Shown here piece after piece: positions 48,020-62,509 of a stretch of DNA of 64,000 nucleotides (position 1 is the first letter of the stretch; each line of letters begins with the position of its first letter). The notes beneath the pieces were generated by a model. It saw only the letters and a program-made list of their open reading frames with translations, was not told the DNA's origin and did no database searches. The stretch comes from Azolla caroliniana (lineage: Eukaryota > Plantae > Polypodiophyta): NCBI GenBank assembly GCA_043228905.1, contig JBHGNT010000013.1, forward strand, positions 15,562,001-15,626,000. Reading direction: 5' to 3'. The position numbers and the translations under genes were made by a program.

Positions 48020-49222
48020 AATAGTAATGTACTAATTGCAAAATTCGAATTAAAATAGATGGAATATGATATCCTATGGATTCACCAAAAAAATCAATCA
48101 ATCAATCAAGGGTTCTCATGACATCCCTCATCTCTAGATGCCTCGTTATGGACTATATACGCATATGTGATAGGGGCCAATCAACAAATCCCTTATCCCT
48201 ACCAACAAATCCCTTATCTCTCCCTTGACAACCAACTTGAAGTTTCAATAATGAAAACTGCCATACGAGTATGCCAGTCAGTCGTCAAATGTGTCTTTGA
48301 ACCCCACATTAAGCATAAAAACAAAGGCATTCCACATATGCCATAATCCCCTTACCTTAAATATTGAAAGGCTATCTCAAAATGTGGAGAATGCGTTCTC
48401 AACTACACATTGCCAAACACCCATTGAAAGGGAGTATTTCAACACCACTTATAGAATCCCACACTATAGATATGGATTTCGTGATAGCCTTGCTACTAGA
48501 CAATTGATAAAATTACGTCGATTATGTTCCTTTAAAACCGGTGCAAAACCAACACATTCTGCAAGCAATTATTCGGTGTCACAAAGAAGCTCCTAGAGGT
48601 AATCCACCCACCATGACCCTCCAAATAAACACAATAGCTTTGTAAAGGAGATTAGATTGCCACCCTATTCGTACCACTTATTGGATCTTGTTATATTCCT
48701 TGTTCTTTGTTAACTTATATCCACCATCAATGTATACCTATAAAAAAGTTTACAATATGCATGATTAGTTTTTATTTTGGCAAGGATTTTTGTGACATAC
48801 AAATCTCCAATCTACCTCAAGGCATGACCTTACTTAGATTCGGAATTGGTATTATTGCGAGTCTCTCTTACCTTGCTAGGTCGCCATTGAGATAGGTTCT
48901 CGCAGAAACTCTTATAGTCAATAGTATGGTCCCCTCGGTGGTGAAGATTGCCGCTTCTCTCGGAAATGGTTGCCTAGTCTCTTTGTGCAAGCTTTCATGA
49001 CTTGCAAGACATGAGCCTTTTGTGTGTTGTAAGCACAAGAAGTCTTCATGTTCTCCTCTATTGGACATTGGGGAAAGGAGGGGTATTTCGGGAAAGTTCC
49101 CCTCAGAAAATAAAATTCCCCGAATTACCCCTCAAGTTTTCACAATAGAATTCGAAATAGTGTTTCCCTCACAAGGAGGAAGAAGGTGCAGACAGACACA
49201 CAACAACAGACTGGGACTTCTC

Positions 49223-52200
49223 ATGGAGTGTTCGCTTACAGGTAACCAGATCAAGGCTTTCCACAGAGCTGTGTCGTGCCTCGCCAAGATCGGCAATGAG
49301 CTTCTCATGGAAGCTCTTCCTGATAAGGTTAAATGCATCTCTCTCTCTCTCTCTCTCCCCCTCTCTTCTTGAACTTAATGATAGAAAACCGGGAAGTTAC
49401 ATTGATTCTCTGGAATTTTCTTACTATGGATATCCAGTTCTGGTACCAAGTAGATTAGTTTGAAAGAAATCGCAGGTCTTCACTTCACCGTCATAAAGAA
49501 TTGTATAAAATAATCTGGAACTATGGAAAAAGCACCATGCATTTACCGAGTCTTTTGTTGGAAATTATATATTTCTGCTGAATTTTCATGCCTTTATAAA
49601 TGTTTCAAATCAGCAAGCTCAAAATTTCCACCAGCGTTTTAGTGAGTGAAGACATCTTTGTCCAGAGCACTGAAACTCATTTTGACAAACACACCTAGAA
49701 TCTATCCTGACTAGTTGAAAATTTATATATTTTGGAGGGATTTTTATGCCGCTATAAAAATAAAAAATTTCACCAGCATTATTGTAAGAAAATACACCTT
49801 TTCTGAACTATAATACTCATTTTGATGTAAACAGCTAGAATCTATTCTGACCAGCCCTTCTGTAAGTGAATGGTCTTTAAATGCACCTTTAACGATTCGT
49901 TAAACTGTTCAGATAATGGTTTATGCATATATGTAAATCTTTCCTTGTACATAACTTTGTAATGGAATTGCTGCAAACACCTGTAAAATTTATCTCAATT
50001 TTAGACTGCTTCATGGGCAATTCCTTGTGAAACATAATCTATACATCTTGCAATGGTCTCCTCTCTGAGTTAATAAAGTGTTGGAATTGAATGATGATGC
50101 ATTATTCGAAATGGGATGGTTCAGTTGAATCTACATCAACATGAGTAGAAAACCAACAATTCCTCCTTTCTGAATTTATGCGTTTAACATACGGAAATTC
50201 TTTTTGAACAGCTCACTCTGCGAACTCTGAATGCGTCGCGCTCAGCATTTCTGGCGATTCCGTTTAAAGCTTACTTTTTTGATGCATACCAATTGTTTAT
50301 TCCACTTGTACAGTGTAACGTTCTTTTAAAGGTGCTTAATTGCTTGTTCTGCCAATATGCTTTTTGTTCTGCATACGAGTATGGATAATGGAGCCCTCAC
50401 ATATGCTGTTATGTTGAACTTTAAAGGCTGTTTGCACTATTTTTAGAATGACACCTAGCAGCATGGAACGAATAACAATTATTCTACCTGATATGGCAGC
50501 TACAAAATTGCAGTGGACTTTGGAATGCTTGCATGGTATGCCAATGCTTACAAGTAACAATTGTTAGTTAAATGCATGCTTATGGTATTTGCTTGTGGTA
50601 GGCATCAGGAAAACATACTGGATTACCTGCACAAATGACCCTGACGTGCAACATATTTCTTTGGATCGTAAAAGCTGCCCTAGCCATCTTGTTGTTAAGC
50701 CAAATGATCTGAACCGCTTGCTCGCAAACTTCCAGTTGTCACTTCAGGAAATCACTCTCATTGCCACAGAACCGTCACCATTATCTTCGTTTAGCACAAG
50801 AACGTCTTCAGAAGGAAAAGCAATTGAGCTGAGGAGCTATATTGATCCTGTGAAAGGTGCACTATTTATTATGTTCTAAAATATAGCAGGCTCTCACCAT
50901 AAGATTTTTGTTTATGTATCTCTAAAACTGTTGACTGGTTTCCAGAAACCAACGATCCAACTCTGCATACACAACTTTGGATTGATCCCACTGAGGAGCT
51001 GCAAGAGTACACACATAGAGGTGATGCTGTTGATGTAACATTCAGCCTTAAGGATCTCAAGGTATACAATGTACATAAGCATATAGCACCATAATTCAGA
51101 CTAAAGGTCTGGCTTTCCAACAAAGTACCTTATTTTCCCAGGCATTTCTTGCTTTCTGTGAAGGATGTGAAGCAGATATGCACATGTACTTTGAAAGGGC
51201 TGGCAAGTATGAATACCTATTATAAGTACTGCAATCCTTTTTGTTCAGGATGATCTATGCTGTTTACGCATATAAATAATGGGCTTAATATTGCTGTGTG
51301 GATCTTTACAAATGCCAGGCCAATTCTCCTTGCACCAAGATTTGGTTTGGATGATTCAGATCATGCAGATTTTGATGCCACCCTCATGCTAGCAACAATG
51401 CTTGGCTCTCAACTTGGAGATGCAGAAAATAGTGAGATTGCTCCTCCTCAAGTCACCATGAATCCAAGAATAATACCAGAGGTGAATGATACGGCTCTAG
51501 ATAATGCTCTAGGACCCAGATCTTCTTCTCAGAATACACAACGAGTTTCAATACTGTCGACCAAGTCCACTGATGAACAGTCCAACCATACAAAAGTATG
51601 GTCTGAAATATCTGGTATTGGCCAACCTGTTTTACTGGAAAAAGTTATAATCCCCATTTCACTGGAGTTTGAATTTAACTTGCTGATGTCCAGGAAGTGC
51701 CACAAAAAGTTGGGACCATAGGGATGTTAAGAGAGGGCCTGAATGCATGCAAAAATGTAATGATGCTAGTGTGGGAAACGTTGCTGCCTTAAAACTGAAT
51801 CAGATGAATAACGAACATACTACATGGCTAGGCAGAAATGTTTATCAGTATCCTCTACTATATCTATTTGATTGTCTGTGATAAATAAAGAATTTTCTAA
51901 ATTACAGAACTTCTACGCTGCATATCTTGGAGGTATATAATCATGTGCATTGCATATTCTCAGAAATACGACTCTTGATGAGTATGAACTCAGTACTTAG
52001 GTATATAGCATGACTATTTTCTGTAGTTAACATGTGTTATCCTCAAAGATTTTCCAGTGCTTCACCAACATCATCCGCTTTTTTGATGAGGGGTGACCTA
52101 CCCGGGGTAACAGAAGCACATGGAGCGACAGGTTAGCGGCCGTAATTTCTGGAGGCTTTCTTTTCTCCAGTACTTCGTTTTATTGATGAAACTGTCTTTT

Positions 52201-52440
52201 GGTTACAGGTTAGCGGCCATAATTTCTGGGAACTTTCTTTTCTCCAGTACTTCGTTTTATTGATGAAACTGTCTTTTGGTTACAGTTCAACAACATTCCA
52301 GCATGCCAATGAGTCAAAACATTACATTTGCCAGAAATCCAGGCAACTGGTTAAATGCAGATACTGAGGAGGAGGAGGAAGAAGAAGAAGAAGATGTGTG
52401 TGTACAGTCGACACCACCACAAGAAAGGTGCATGATGTAA
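49223..52440 (+). CDS. RAD9: Cell-cycle checkpoint clamp protein RAD9 (9-1-1 complex), multi-exon
   Basis: Exons 49223-49327 (MECSLTGNQIKAFHRAVSCLAKIGNEL), 50212-50331 (LRTLNASRSAF), 50427-50535, 50602-50856 (IRKTYWI), 50946-51061 (LHTQLWIDP...VTFSLKDLK), 51142-51206 (AFLAFCE), 51318-51614 and last exon 52286-52440 (WLNADTEEE...VQSTPP). Exons at 51690-52131 are less certain. Confidence 0.88.
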
Positions 52441-54051
52441 TATGTTCTGCTTGAGGATCATGTAGTGCTAACGATGTTCTGTGATCTCCTCCAAACTTCA
52501 ATAGTTCCTTCTCAGTACAGTGGATCTTTAATCACTCCTGAAAACTGATGAAGGATGAGATATATGACCAAATACAGGCTCTTTGGACCGATAGAAACCG
52601 TGAAGGATCAATATATCCAGTTGATGCTACATATCAACAGTTGCCACCCTTTCGTTGAAATTATCCACTCCTGATACTTCTTATGCGATCACATGATAAT
52701 GATGGGCAAATTAAGTAATTGTAAGTAACCTTATTTAAATTTTCTGTTTGGAAGTTTCTTGATTTGGCCTTCTATGTGATTTACTATCCATTTGAAAATT
52801 TCTTCAGCGAGAAATGGAACTCTTATAGACACGGGACATTTACTTTACGAGATAATATATTGTTTGTGAGGTTTCATATGTGAAAAACCCTTGATCCATG
52901 CTTATTAGTGACATTGCAAACAAACTCATGCTTTACCTTCCCATATTATATGGTATATTAGTTACATTGCAAATAAACTCGTGCTTTCCCTTCCCATTTT
53001 ATATGGTACTTTATTGATATTCGAAGAGACGCATAAGCCAGAATCATGAAGTGGAACGCATAACTTTAGAAATGGAACTAACAAAATCAATAAAGATAAA
53101 CTTCCTTGTATAACCAGGTTTATATACAAATACGAATGAGTGAGTATACATCCATCCTATAGGGTAGAAGCTGATTGTAACCAAATGACTTTCTCCCTAG
53201 TTTTTGGTTCAGAGAGAAAAGACAACCTTTAAGCTCTTCGATAAGAGCAGAGTTGGAGACTCTAATAAATATGTGGGTTTTGAGGTTGGCAAGAGTAAAG
53301 CTTTATTCTCTGCAGTAAGTTTTCTTACATGGTATGTCTTCAAGTTGAGTTTTCAGATGGAGAATAATGCTGTTTTACTGAATCAGGAAATTCTTTTTGT
53401 TTTGGCACCATTTTGCCGGAGCTCCAAGTTTCTTCTTATATGCTTATACCATGCAGACTGAAGCTCAATTATGAATGGAAATAAAATGATCAATTCTCAT
53501 TGTTGTGTTCCTGACAGGGCACGAGTTTGTAGATGAGTTAAAAGAATCATTTTGTTGATTTTTGTTATTGGGTTGATTGTTTTGAGATTAATATTGTCTC
53601 TCATACAGCATTTTGGTTATGATTATATCTACAGCCTGCTTGCAAACCCTTCCCTGGTGTCTGTAACGTTATTGTCATAAGGATGACTCCTATCACAGAA
53701 AAATTCCTTACAACTCTTATGGAAAATGGGGCTTGAATCAAGCAAAGATTTTTTTCAAGTTTCATTGATGATGCAGTTCTCAAACATCAGGATTATCTTA
53801 AGGGAAATTTCTAAATCTAGTGATTGCAGAGAATTAATTAAGAAGTGGTATGGTAATTCTTGTTCAGAAGGGAAGTTATAGAATCAGCCGTTCAATCTCT
53901 TCAATTTGTTCATATACCTGTATGTAAGATTAATAGCTTCCTATTAGATGGATGTTATGTGATTAGCACAAGCTATGTTGTTTGACTGGGGCTAGTTTTG
54001 TATTGCCAATATGTTTATTTGATCCCCTAGGGCTAGAGTATCCATGGATCA

Positions 54052-57000
54052 CTAGGAAAGGGAATGAGGAGGCACAGGAGAAACATTCAAGTGGTGTTGG
54101 AGCTTGACAAGGTTAAAGTAGACACCCTTGTCCCCCTTGGTCATAAGTTCTGCATGGGCACCAGACTCTATGATGGTGCCACCCTGCAGCACTGCGATTG
54201 TGTTACAGTTGAAGATGGTGGAGAGCCTGTGTGCTACCACCACTGTAGTCCTCCCCACCATCATCCTCTCTAGTGCCTCGTGTACCACTTTCTCTGATTT
54301 CACATCCAGTGCGCTCGTTGCCTCATCCAGGAGCAGAATCACAGGTTTCTTCAGAATTGCTCGAGCTATGGCTATCCTTTGCTTCTGTCCCCCTGACAAC
54401 TGTACCCCCCTCTCCCCCACATTCGTCTCATATCCATTCTCCAATGCACTGTTAATACCAACAATTTAAATTAGTTCTTTGTTCGCAAGAAGTTATAAAC
54501 ATTGTCACATGTGGAAATAGCACACTTCTCTCATGTTTCCCTATAATATTAAACATTGTGAAGGCTAGGAACTCCATAACCCATAGCACACCTAGTTAGT
54601 GTGCTACATCTCACTTACAAGAGGCTAATGTTAGGTCCTAATTGGCTATTTGGGAATCATATTGTGAAAATGAGCTACATTGTACCATGTGGAAATATTT
54701 CCTGTGCATTTATGGGAACTTGGATGATTTCTTACCTAATGAAGTCGTGAGCATTGGCAGCTTTGGCTGCCTTTACAATCTCCTCTATTGTAGCAACATC
54801 ATTGCTGTATAGAATGTTTTCTCGAATGCTGCCCTCAAATAGAGTTGGCTCCTGGCTCACCAGAGCAATGTGCTTCCTGAGTGTGCGAAGGTGATACTGG
54901 CGGACATCTTTTCCGTCAATCTTCACTTTTCCTTTAGTCGGATCGTAGAACCGCTCAATTAGGCTGATGATGGTGGATTTTCCAGAGCCGCTCTGGCCCA
55001 CGAGTGCCACACTTTGTCCTGCATGGATATGCAGGCTAAAGTCTTGGAATACCAGAACCTTGGGCCTCTGTGGGTAAGCAAAGTCTACGTGGTGGAGCTC
55101 AATATCACCATTCAAATGCTCTGGTTGATCTCCATTGGCATCATCTGGGCTGATATTACTGATTCGGTCAAGAATCTCAAACACGGAGTCCACTGCAGCT
55201 GCACCTTTAGCTATATCAGAAGTCATGCTACCTGCTTCAGCGATGACTCTTCCAGTGCTGATTAGAATGAAAAACGTCCTGAACATCTCGACGGAAGTGA
55301 TTAGACCCTCACTTACAAGACGAGCACCATACCAATAATCCAGTGCTAATGAAAAGAATGAGATGAGTTGGGCGCTTCCTAGTCCTAGTCCACCGATAAT
55401 GGCTTGACGAGTGGATGCTTGGGACGATTTCTTCTGCAGACTCACATAAAGCTTAAGAATGGTAGGCTGAGCACAGAATGCAGCAACTGTACGATGATGC
55501 ACCACTGCTTCCGCTGCTAAGTTGCTTGAATCTTGCTGCATGCGTAGAGCCTGTTGGGACATAGTTTTAATAAGTACCCGACGGCTGTAAAAGCAGAGAA
55601 TGATGAGAGGCTGGCATGCCATGATGACAAGAGCAAGACGCCAGGCTATGACAAGGCCAAAGCTTGTTGCAGTGACGATGGACACAAAGGTAGTGATTAT
55701 GAGCGACCATCGGTCACCCACTAGTGATCTGACAGAATTGGCATCAGACGCAAGGCGGGTGCAGATGGCACCACTGCTGTTTTCTGGGGCGTCGAACCAT
55801 GCCACTTCAAACTTCAAGATGTTTATCAGCATTTTCTCTCTCACTCGCTTCGTGAGTTTCTCTCCCACCACCGCAAAGTTGTAGTGCTGGATAGCATTTG
55901 TGACAAAGGAAGCCAAAGCCAAAGCCACGAAACTTAGACAGTAGTTCCTGATGCGGCGAGCCTGCTCTCCACTATCAGTCATGTAGAAGGTGACAATCAT
56001 GCCACCAATTGTAAAAGCAAAAAGAGGTTGTATGATGCCAAAGAAAGCTGCTCCAACAGTGCCCATCAGTGCTTGGCGCCATTCGGGTTTATTCAGCAAT
56101 ACCAGTCTCCTGAAAGAGGGAGGCAAAGGGGAATTGTGAGTCTCCACTTTAAATTGCTCTTCTGAGTGGCATCCATTAAAGCTTGAACTGCGGCTGATAC
56201 AGCTTGAACTGGTAGTCTGGTTCACCATTCTTGTATTTCTGGAGGACCTTTGCTCAGATTGATCAGTAGACTCTGCATTGGTGATAAACTGTTGGTTGAC
56301 ATTAAGGTTAAAACTATTTATGCTTTTGGTGCCACTGGCATGGATGAGCTCGGCATAGGCGGAATCATCTTTCTGCATAAGGTTCTCATGCTGTCCTGTT
56401 TCAATGACTCGCCCCTTCTGCATGACAGCAATAATGTCTGCATTTTGAATAGTGGATAGACGGTGGGAGACAAGGAGAGTGGTGCGGCCGACTGCTGCCT
56501 GATGCAGGGCATCTTGAACAATGTGCTCAGATTCTGCATCAAGGGCACTAGTAGCTTCATCTAGGAGCAAAATGGGGGGATTTATGAGCAGGGCTCGAGC
56601 GATGGCTATGCGTTGTTTCTGCCCTCCAGACATTTGTATTCCATGTTCACCAACCTGCTTTCATTAGAATTGTTTTTTAGTTATTGAAAACATCTCTCAA
56701 GCTAGAAAAGGAATGACAAGACAGTCTAGACATTTTCCTATGTTGAAAACGGACCAGTTTCCCCTAGTCTCAATATTTTAGCTTTGTAGTCAAGGCTTAG
56801 TAGGCCCACATGCCTCCAATTGCACCAGGTTGGTATGCTACGACTCAACTAGATAGACACTCATGATGCTAGGTCCTAATCTGCAATGTGGATACTATAG
56901 CAGGAAAATATCATCAGACTTTTTGTTGCATAGTGCATACCTGGGTGTCATAGCCTTGGGGTAGTTGAGAGATGAAACTATGGGCATTTGATTTCTCGGC

Positions 57001-59995
57001 AGCTTCAATTATCTCGTCCATGGTAGCTCCTTGTCTGCCCAACAGGATGTTATGCTTGATGGTAGTGGCAAAGAGGGCAGGTTCTTGACTGACGAGGCCA
57101 ATCTGTGCACGAAGCCATGGGAGATGAAGAAGCTTCACATTGGTTCCATCTAACAGAATTTCCCCATCAAGTGGATCATAGAATCTCTGGATCAAGGCAA
57201 TGACAGTGGATTTGCCAGAGCCACTACTGCCAACAAGAGCTGTCGTCTTGCCTGCGTGTACACTAAGAGAGAGGCCATTGAAAATCATGGTATCAGGTCT
57301 TGCTGGGTACGCAAACGTCACATTTTTGAGCTCCAAGTTTCCCACTACTGTGTCTAGTGCCTTGTTCGGTTTTTTTCTTATGCATGGCTCCTGATCTATG
57401 GTGGGTTTTCGATTTATCATTTCCATGATCCTTGCTCCAGCAAGGCTTGCCTCTGAGAAGTACTTCAAATTTGGAAGACAATTCCCTAGTGAGCTGCCAT
57501 AATGATGAAGCTATGATTATACAAGTTAGCAGCAACAATGCAGATGATGTAGAAAAAGAGCCATTAAACAGAATGCACTTACCTTTTCGATGGTTACTAC
57601 TGTCAGTGCAAACTTATTATGAAGGTGTGAGCAAACTAAGTAATTAGGATCATCATAATTACATTTACTGTCTATTGAGCTAAGTTAAAGTGAATTGTAA
57701 CACATTTATATCTGAGAGTCAATACTAGGGCAGCGATTAGTTAGCATTGTTTTGGTGCATATCATAGATAAAGAATTTAAGTGAGTGGGCTTACAGGCCT
57801 CCAGTGATGGAAACAAGGCCGGTTGCTATGACGTTACCCCCATTGAGGCCATGATGGGAAACAAGGTTGTTTCCATACCAAGCCATGAAAGCCCAGATGG
57901 CAAAAACAACACCATTGCTTCCGACGGTGAGTCCCTTGGCCAATCCTTGCTTGAGCCCGAGCTTGATGGTTGTTTCTAAAGCATTGGAGAAGAGGTGGAG
58001 TGTCCTCTCTTCTCCCACAAATGAATAGATGGTTCGAATAGAGGATATGGCCTTCTCTGCGACTGTTCCTGCCTTCATGTACTCTTCTCGAATCTTTTTC
58101 ACCACCTCTGCCAGTATCCTGCCATATAGAATCCCTGGTATCACTAGCAGTGGTAGAAAGGCTATTGTTGTTATTGTGAGCTTCCATGCCATGTAGAATC
58201 CCACGGTATAGCTTGCTATGAAATTCGATAGATTCATGATGAAATGAGGGACCTGCAATTGTATAAATTGGAGGGGTTATTAGTGTGTAGTCGACTTGGT
58301 GAATTACTCCAATATACCAAGGTCTCCTAATCTATAGCTCAAACCAATGTTTGTTTTTTGCCTGTGATCACTGTCATTGGTAGATTCAAGAGTAAATAGT
58401 TTATATTGAAATTGGTCTAAATTGTCTTGTCCAAGATATGAAGGCTATAACTTATTCTATGGTGGGGACGATATTCTTGCATCTAATCACATTTCTAGAG
58501 TTTACAGTCATCATTCAGTTATTCCCAAGCATCGTGCTCAAGATAAAGCTAGTCGGTCAATGCTCTACTTTAGCTTAAGAATCTTATTAACTAGTAACCT
58601 GTAACCTGAATGTTATTTCTACTTAAGAAAATGATTGTCAAATTCAGCTCCATCAACTAATTAGTCCACGTATGTGCATGGAAAGATTGAATGGAATATT
58701 TCATCAGGGTGGACTGAAGGATTCGATTGCAATCTAAATTAGAAGAAATGAGCTTATAAAAATTACTACCTTTTCAGCAATGACCTCTTGAATCAGCTGT
58801 GAGTCTGCTCCGATGCTGCTGATGATCTCTGCGGTGTTAGATTGCATGTCGAAGAAGCTTTCATCTTGCCTCAGGATGGCTTTCAAGTAGAGGCATCGAA
58901 GCCGAGAAGCTTGCCTTTCACCAGTTTTGATCCATGATGATGCCTCTGATATAATATGTCAACGTTAATATTCACAAGACAATGTGCAGAATTAGCCTCC
59001 AAATCCACACGACAAAAATTCTGATGCACAACTCCAGACAAGTTACATGCAATCTTTAACGGTATGGGTTCATGTAGGTGAGGTGGAGCATACCTACCTA
59101 GACATGTAACGATCTACCTTAAGTCACAAGAAGTTTGAGACATTGTGTCATGTGGAAAAAGCCCACTTTCCATCATGTTCAAATTAATAAGTGTATAATA
59201 TTCTTCGGAAGGATACCACTGTTTGGGATTCTTAGTATGAAAATTGGCAGGAGTTCTTATGATAGAGTTAAATTGTTTATTAATTGTGTATGGTCTATAG
59301 TTTACCAAGGAAACATGATATCCCCACAGTGAACCCGGCATAGACGAAATAGATCATGACCTGCATCCATGAAACATTCTATTAAAAATTTAACAATATA
59401 GTTATATCCCTTTTGCCCTTATTGCATTAATTACCATGCAATGTTTTCTGGTTGATAATCATGCAACTAAAATAAACACGGCATGATTGTGTTGATCAAT
59501 TACAATTATGCACCTAACACAATGTACATCTAACTTACATTGGTTACTCATAGTTATGTGTCTTCTATTTAGATGATGCACACCAAATTTGCATGGTCAA
59601 CTTACAATGTTCTATTCTATTATTGATAATTTTAAATATATTAATGTCAAACCCTTTTGTGTATTGGAGTTGAGATTAAGGAAGATTGCATGAGGATTGA
59701 ACGAAGTTTAGTCTATAACCTTACTAATTTCGTCCATGAGCGTTGGATTATTGGTCAAGGGGTGGGTGGACGCATTACCAAAGGCATCGAAGATGCCGAT
59801 CATGATGAGCATCATGGTGGGCACTGCGATGCCATCCCCAACACATCCAACAAAGCCTAAGGTCATCAAGGCTAAATCTTTGGTATCTGCATACTGAAAA
59901 ATTGTGAGGAAGGAGACAGGATAAACAAGTTTCAGTTTATTGTCCTCAAGGATTGTTTCTTTATTTGTGGATTTAGGTGGCTTTAGATTTAGCAT
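54052..59995 (-). CDS. ABCB: Full-size ABC transporter B family (ABCB15-like), paralogue of 36873-43084, 7 exons, ~1277 aa
   Basis: Exons 59995-59720, 59360-59306, 58945-58770, 58252-57795, 57493-56941, 56654-54736 and 54448-54052 total 3834 nt. Same intron positions as copy 1. Confidence 0.93.
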
Positions 59996-60789
59996 GGCTC
60001 TTTTTGAACTCTTCTAAACCTCTCTTCTTCTTCTAATAGTTCTTGTTCATTTTGTGTGTTCAAGTTGGTTTCCCTCTCTATATATAACAATTGGACTTTA
60101 AAGGTATCCATCCCGATGTGTCCAACTATTCATATTTAAACACAATTTTTTAAGTGTGAAATGAGCATCGGGTTCTGTCTCCATTTGTTTCATTTTTTTG
60201 ATTGTGTCACATGTGGCCTCCTCGATTTCTTACAAAAAAGCTTTTAATGTATATACTCTTTGCTGAACAACATTATTACGATCACTTTCTAATTTTCGTT
60301 AAAAAAGAATTTCCATAGTGCATTTCATGGGTAAGATCTTGGCAAGATCATCAAATTGATTGACGGTACGGAGATTGAGATGTATAATGCACTGTGGTCG
60401 TTGCAGCGCACCCACCCATATTAATTTGATGTAAATATCTCTTATAATTCGTCAAATAGGCCTGAAAACTTTTTGAGAGTATAGACACGTTTCGTAAAAC
60501 AATCCTAAGAAGAAATAGAGTGCTATTCTTGGAAAACATGAAATCTTAATGTTTATTCGAATTCTTAACAAGTCATTTGGGCAATTTAATTGAGGATGGA
60601 GAAGCCATTATTTGATTCCTTGAAATGTGGAAAGATGGGGATCTATTAACCACCAAATGACCATGAATTCACCAAGCCATTATGTATCCATTATGTAGTC
60701 ATTCTCCAAAGTTCAAACCATTTTTATTTAGTATATCATGAGGTTCCTTAGTTGTTATCACTTAATGGATAACCTTTTCGATCCATAAA

Positions 60790-60792
<3 letters not shown>

Positions 60793-60856
<64 letters not shown>
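60793..60856. repeat. Compound (AT)n(AG)n microsatellite
   Basis: Read directly. Confidence 0.95.
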
Positions 60857-60860
<4 letters not shown>

Positions 60861-61061
60861 TATATTAACGTCTTCTAAGGCCAAAATTGGCCCATGAGAC
60901 AAATGGTTTACAACAAAAAAGGAGATATTTACCCATTCATCGAAAGTAAAAAATAAAAATAAAAATAGAGTTTTAAGCTAAATAGTTCTAGTAAAATAAC
61001 AAACATGTTCTATATAAAAAACATGTTCTACAATGAAAATGATGTTATACTAGGCCTAATT

Positions 61062-62330
61062 TCATTTCCATCCAAATCTCTCGAAGAGAAGCGGCAGGTC
61101 AAAGGGTTTCGATGTGGATGTGGTCCGTGGTCCCAGTGTAAAAGGTACCCCAACCATAGCTTTTAGTCGACATAGCTCACATTCCCTTATCTTCTTAATC
61201 TTCTCTACTCCGTGTCGACTTGTTTTGAAGCCCAACATCCGAGGGCGTTTGGTTGTTCTTTGCATTTCGGCTTCCTCAAGAGAGAGGCTGAGCGGCGTAA
61301 GTGTATCCACATCCATTGTCTCCCCTTGTTCCTGAAAAATTACACTAGTTACAAGTTGATGAATAGTAAAAGGGTTATGATTAACACTTTGTAATTTATT
61401 CTCCCTATGTTGTTTTAGCTCTAAGATATACCTACATAGTCTCTTTACATCCGGGGTATCTAATAGTTTGGAGAGAGTGGGAGAGGGTCCTAATATGTCT
61501 TCATATTCCACTCGTATCTCGGCATAAGTTGGGGACTTGCATGTGAAGTGATACTCATCCTCTATCTCTATGTGGCACAATCTACATAGACTTTCCTCTC
61601 TAGGGACTCTATTAGCCCGACCATTCTCAATTTCAAGTTGGTGAGATGATATCCTAAGTTGTCCAATGGCCACCCTTAGTGCATTTGATAAGAATGTATC
61701 TAGATATCTTGGTCGTGTAATAAAACCTAACTAAGAGAAGTGCAAGAAATGTTCCTTATAGTACAACATTTTAGATGGGAGTGGCTCTCGTGGGGTGATC
61801 CATTTATATCGAGTGTAAATTTGCCATATTTCTTGGCATATCACCTTATTACGGTCTTCATGAGATATTAGAGTTTGATTAGCCCCATGATTGTACTTAC
61901 GGGGGGGTAGGTTATTAATGTCTATGCCGTTTGCAAGTAACCAACTCACCACAGTGCTATACCAAGAGCTAGTGTCTCCAGACGCATGTAGGGACGAGAT
62001 ATCCTATCTTGTGGTTGGCTATGTATCCAATGAATAAAAACTACCACTTGAAAAAGTGCTTCGACTAACATTGGGGGCAGACTAAACTCTGCTCTAATAA
62101 TGTCATGTGGTACTGTCGATTTGGTTCGGAGTTGATGTGATAACATCATCACCAAAGGTCTTTCTAATTGTGTCCACATGAAAGATGGTAGACCTGGAGC
62201 CCATACTACTTATGCATACATGAGGGAAGGGGTCATTAATAAGTCGAAGAGCCATCCCTTAGTCCGTGGCTCTTGAAAGTATGGTTGGTGGCATTGTCTC
62301 TCTAAGAGTGAGAGGATGCATACCCTACAT
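61062..62330 (-). mobile_element. Non-L1 LINE 3' remnant (RTE-X/L2-like C-terminal region)
   Basis: QLRISSHQLEIENGR...LCRLCHIEIEDEYHF; fragmented post-RT region upstream. Confidence 0.65.
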
Positions 62331-62509
62331 TTTGTTCATAAAAGGAAACATATTTTCCAATATAAAATTAACCTTGTAAAACTTTTTCATAGCATGGACT
62401 ATTTTTAGGTGACAAGAAAACAATGTGTTTGGGCTTAATTAGGAAGTCATAAGTTTCCTAAGGTGTGGATTGTGTCTAGTTGTCTTCATAACAATATCAT
62501 CTTAATGGA

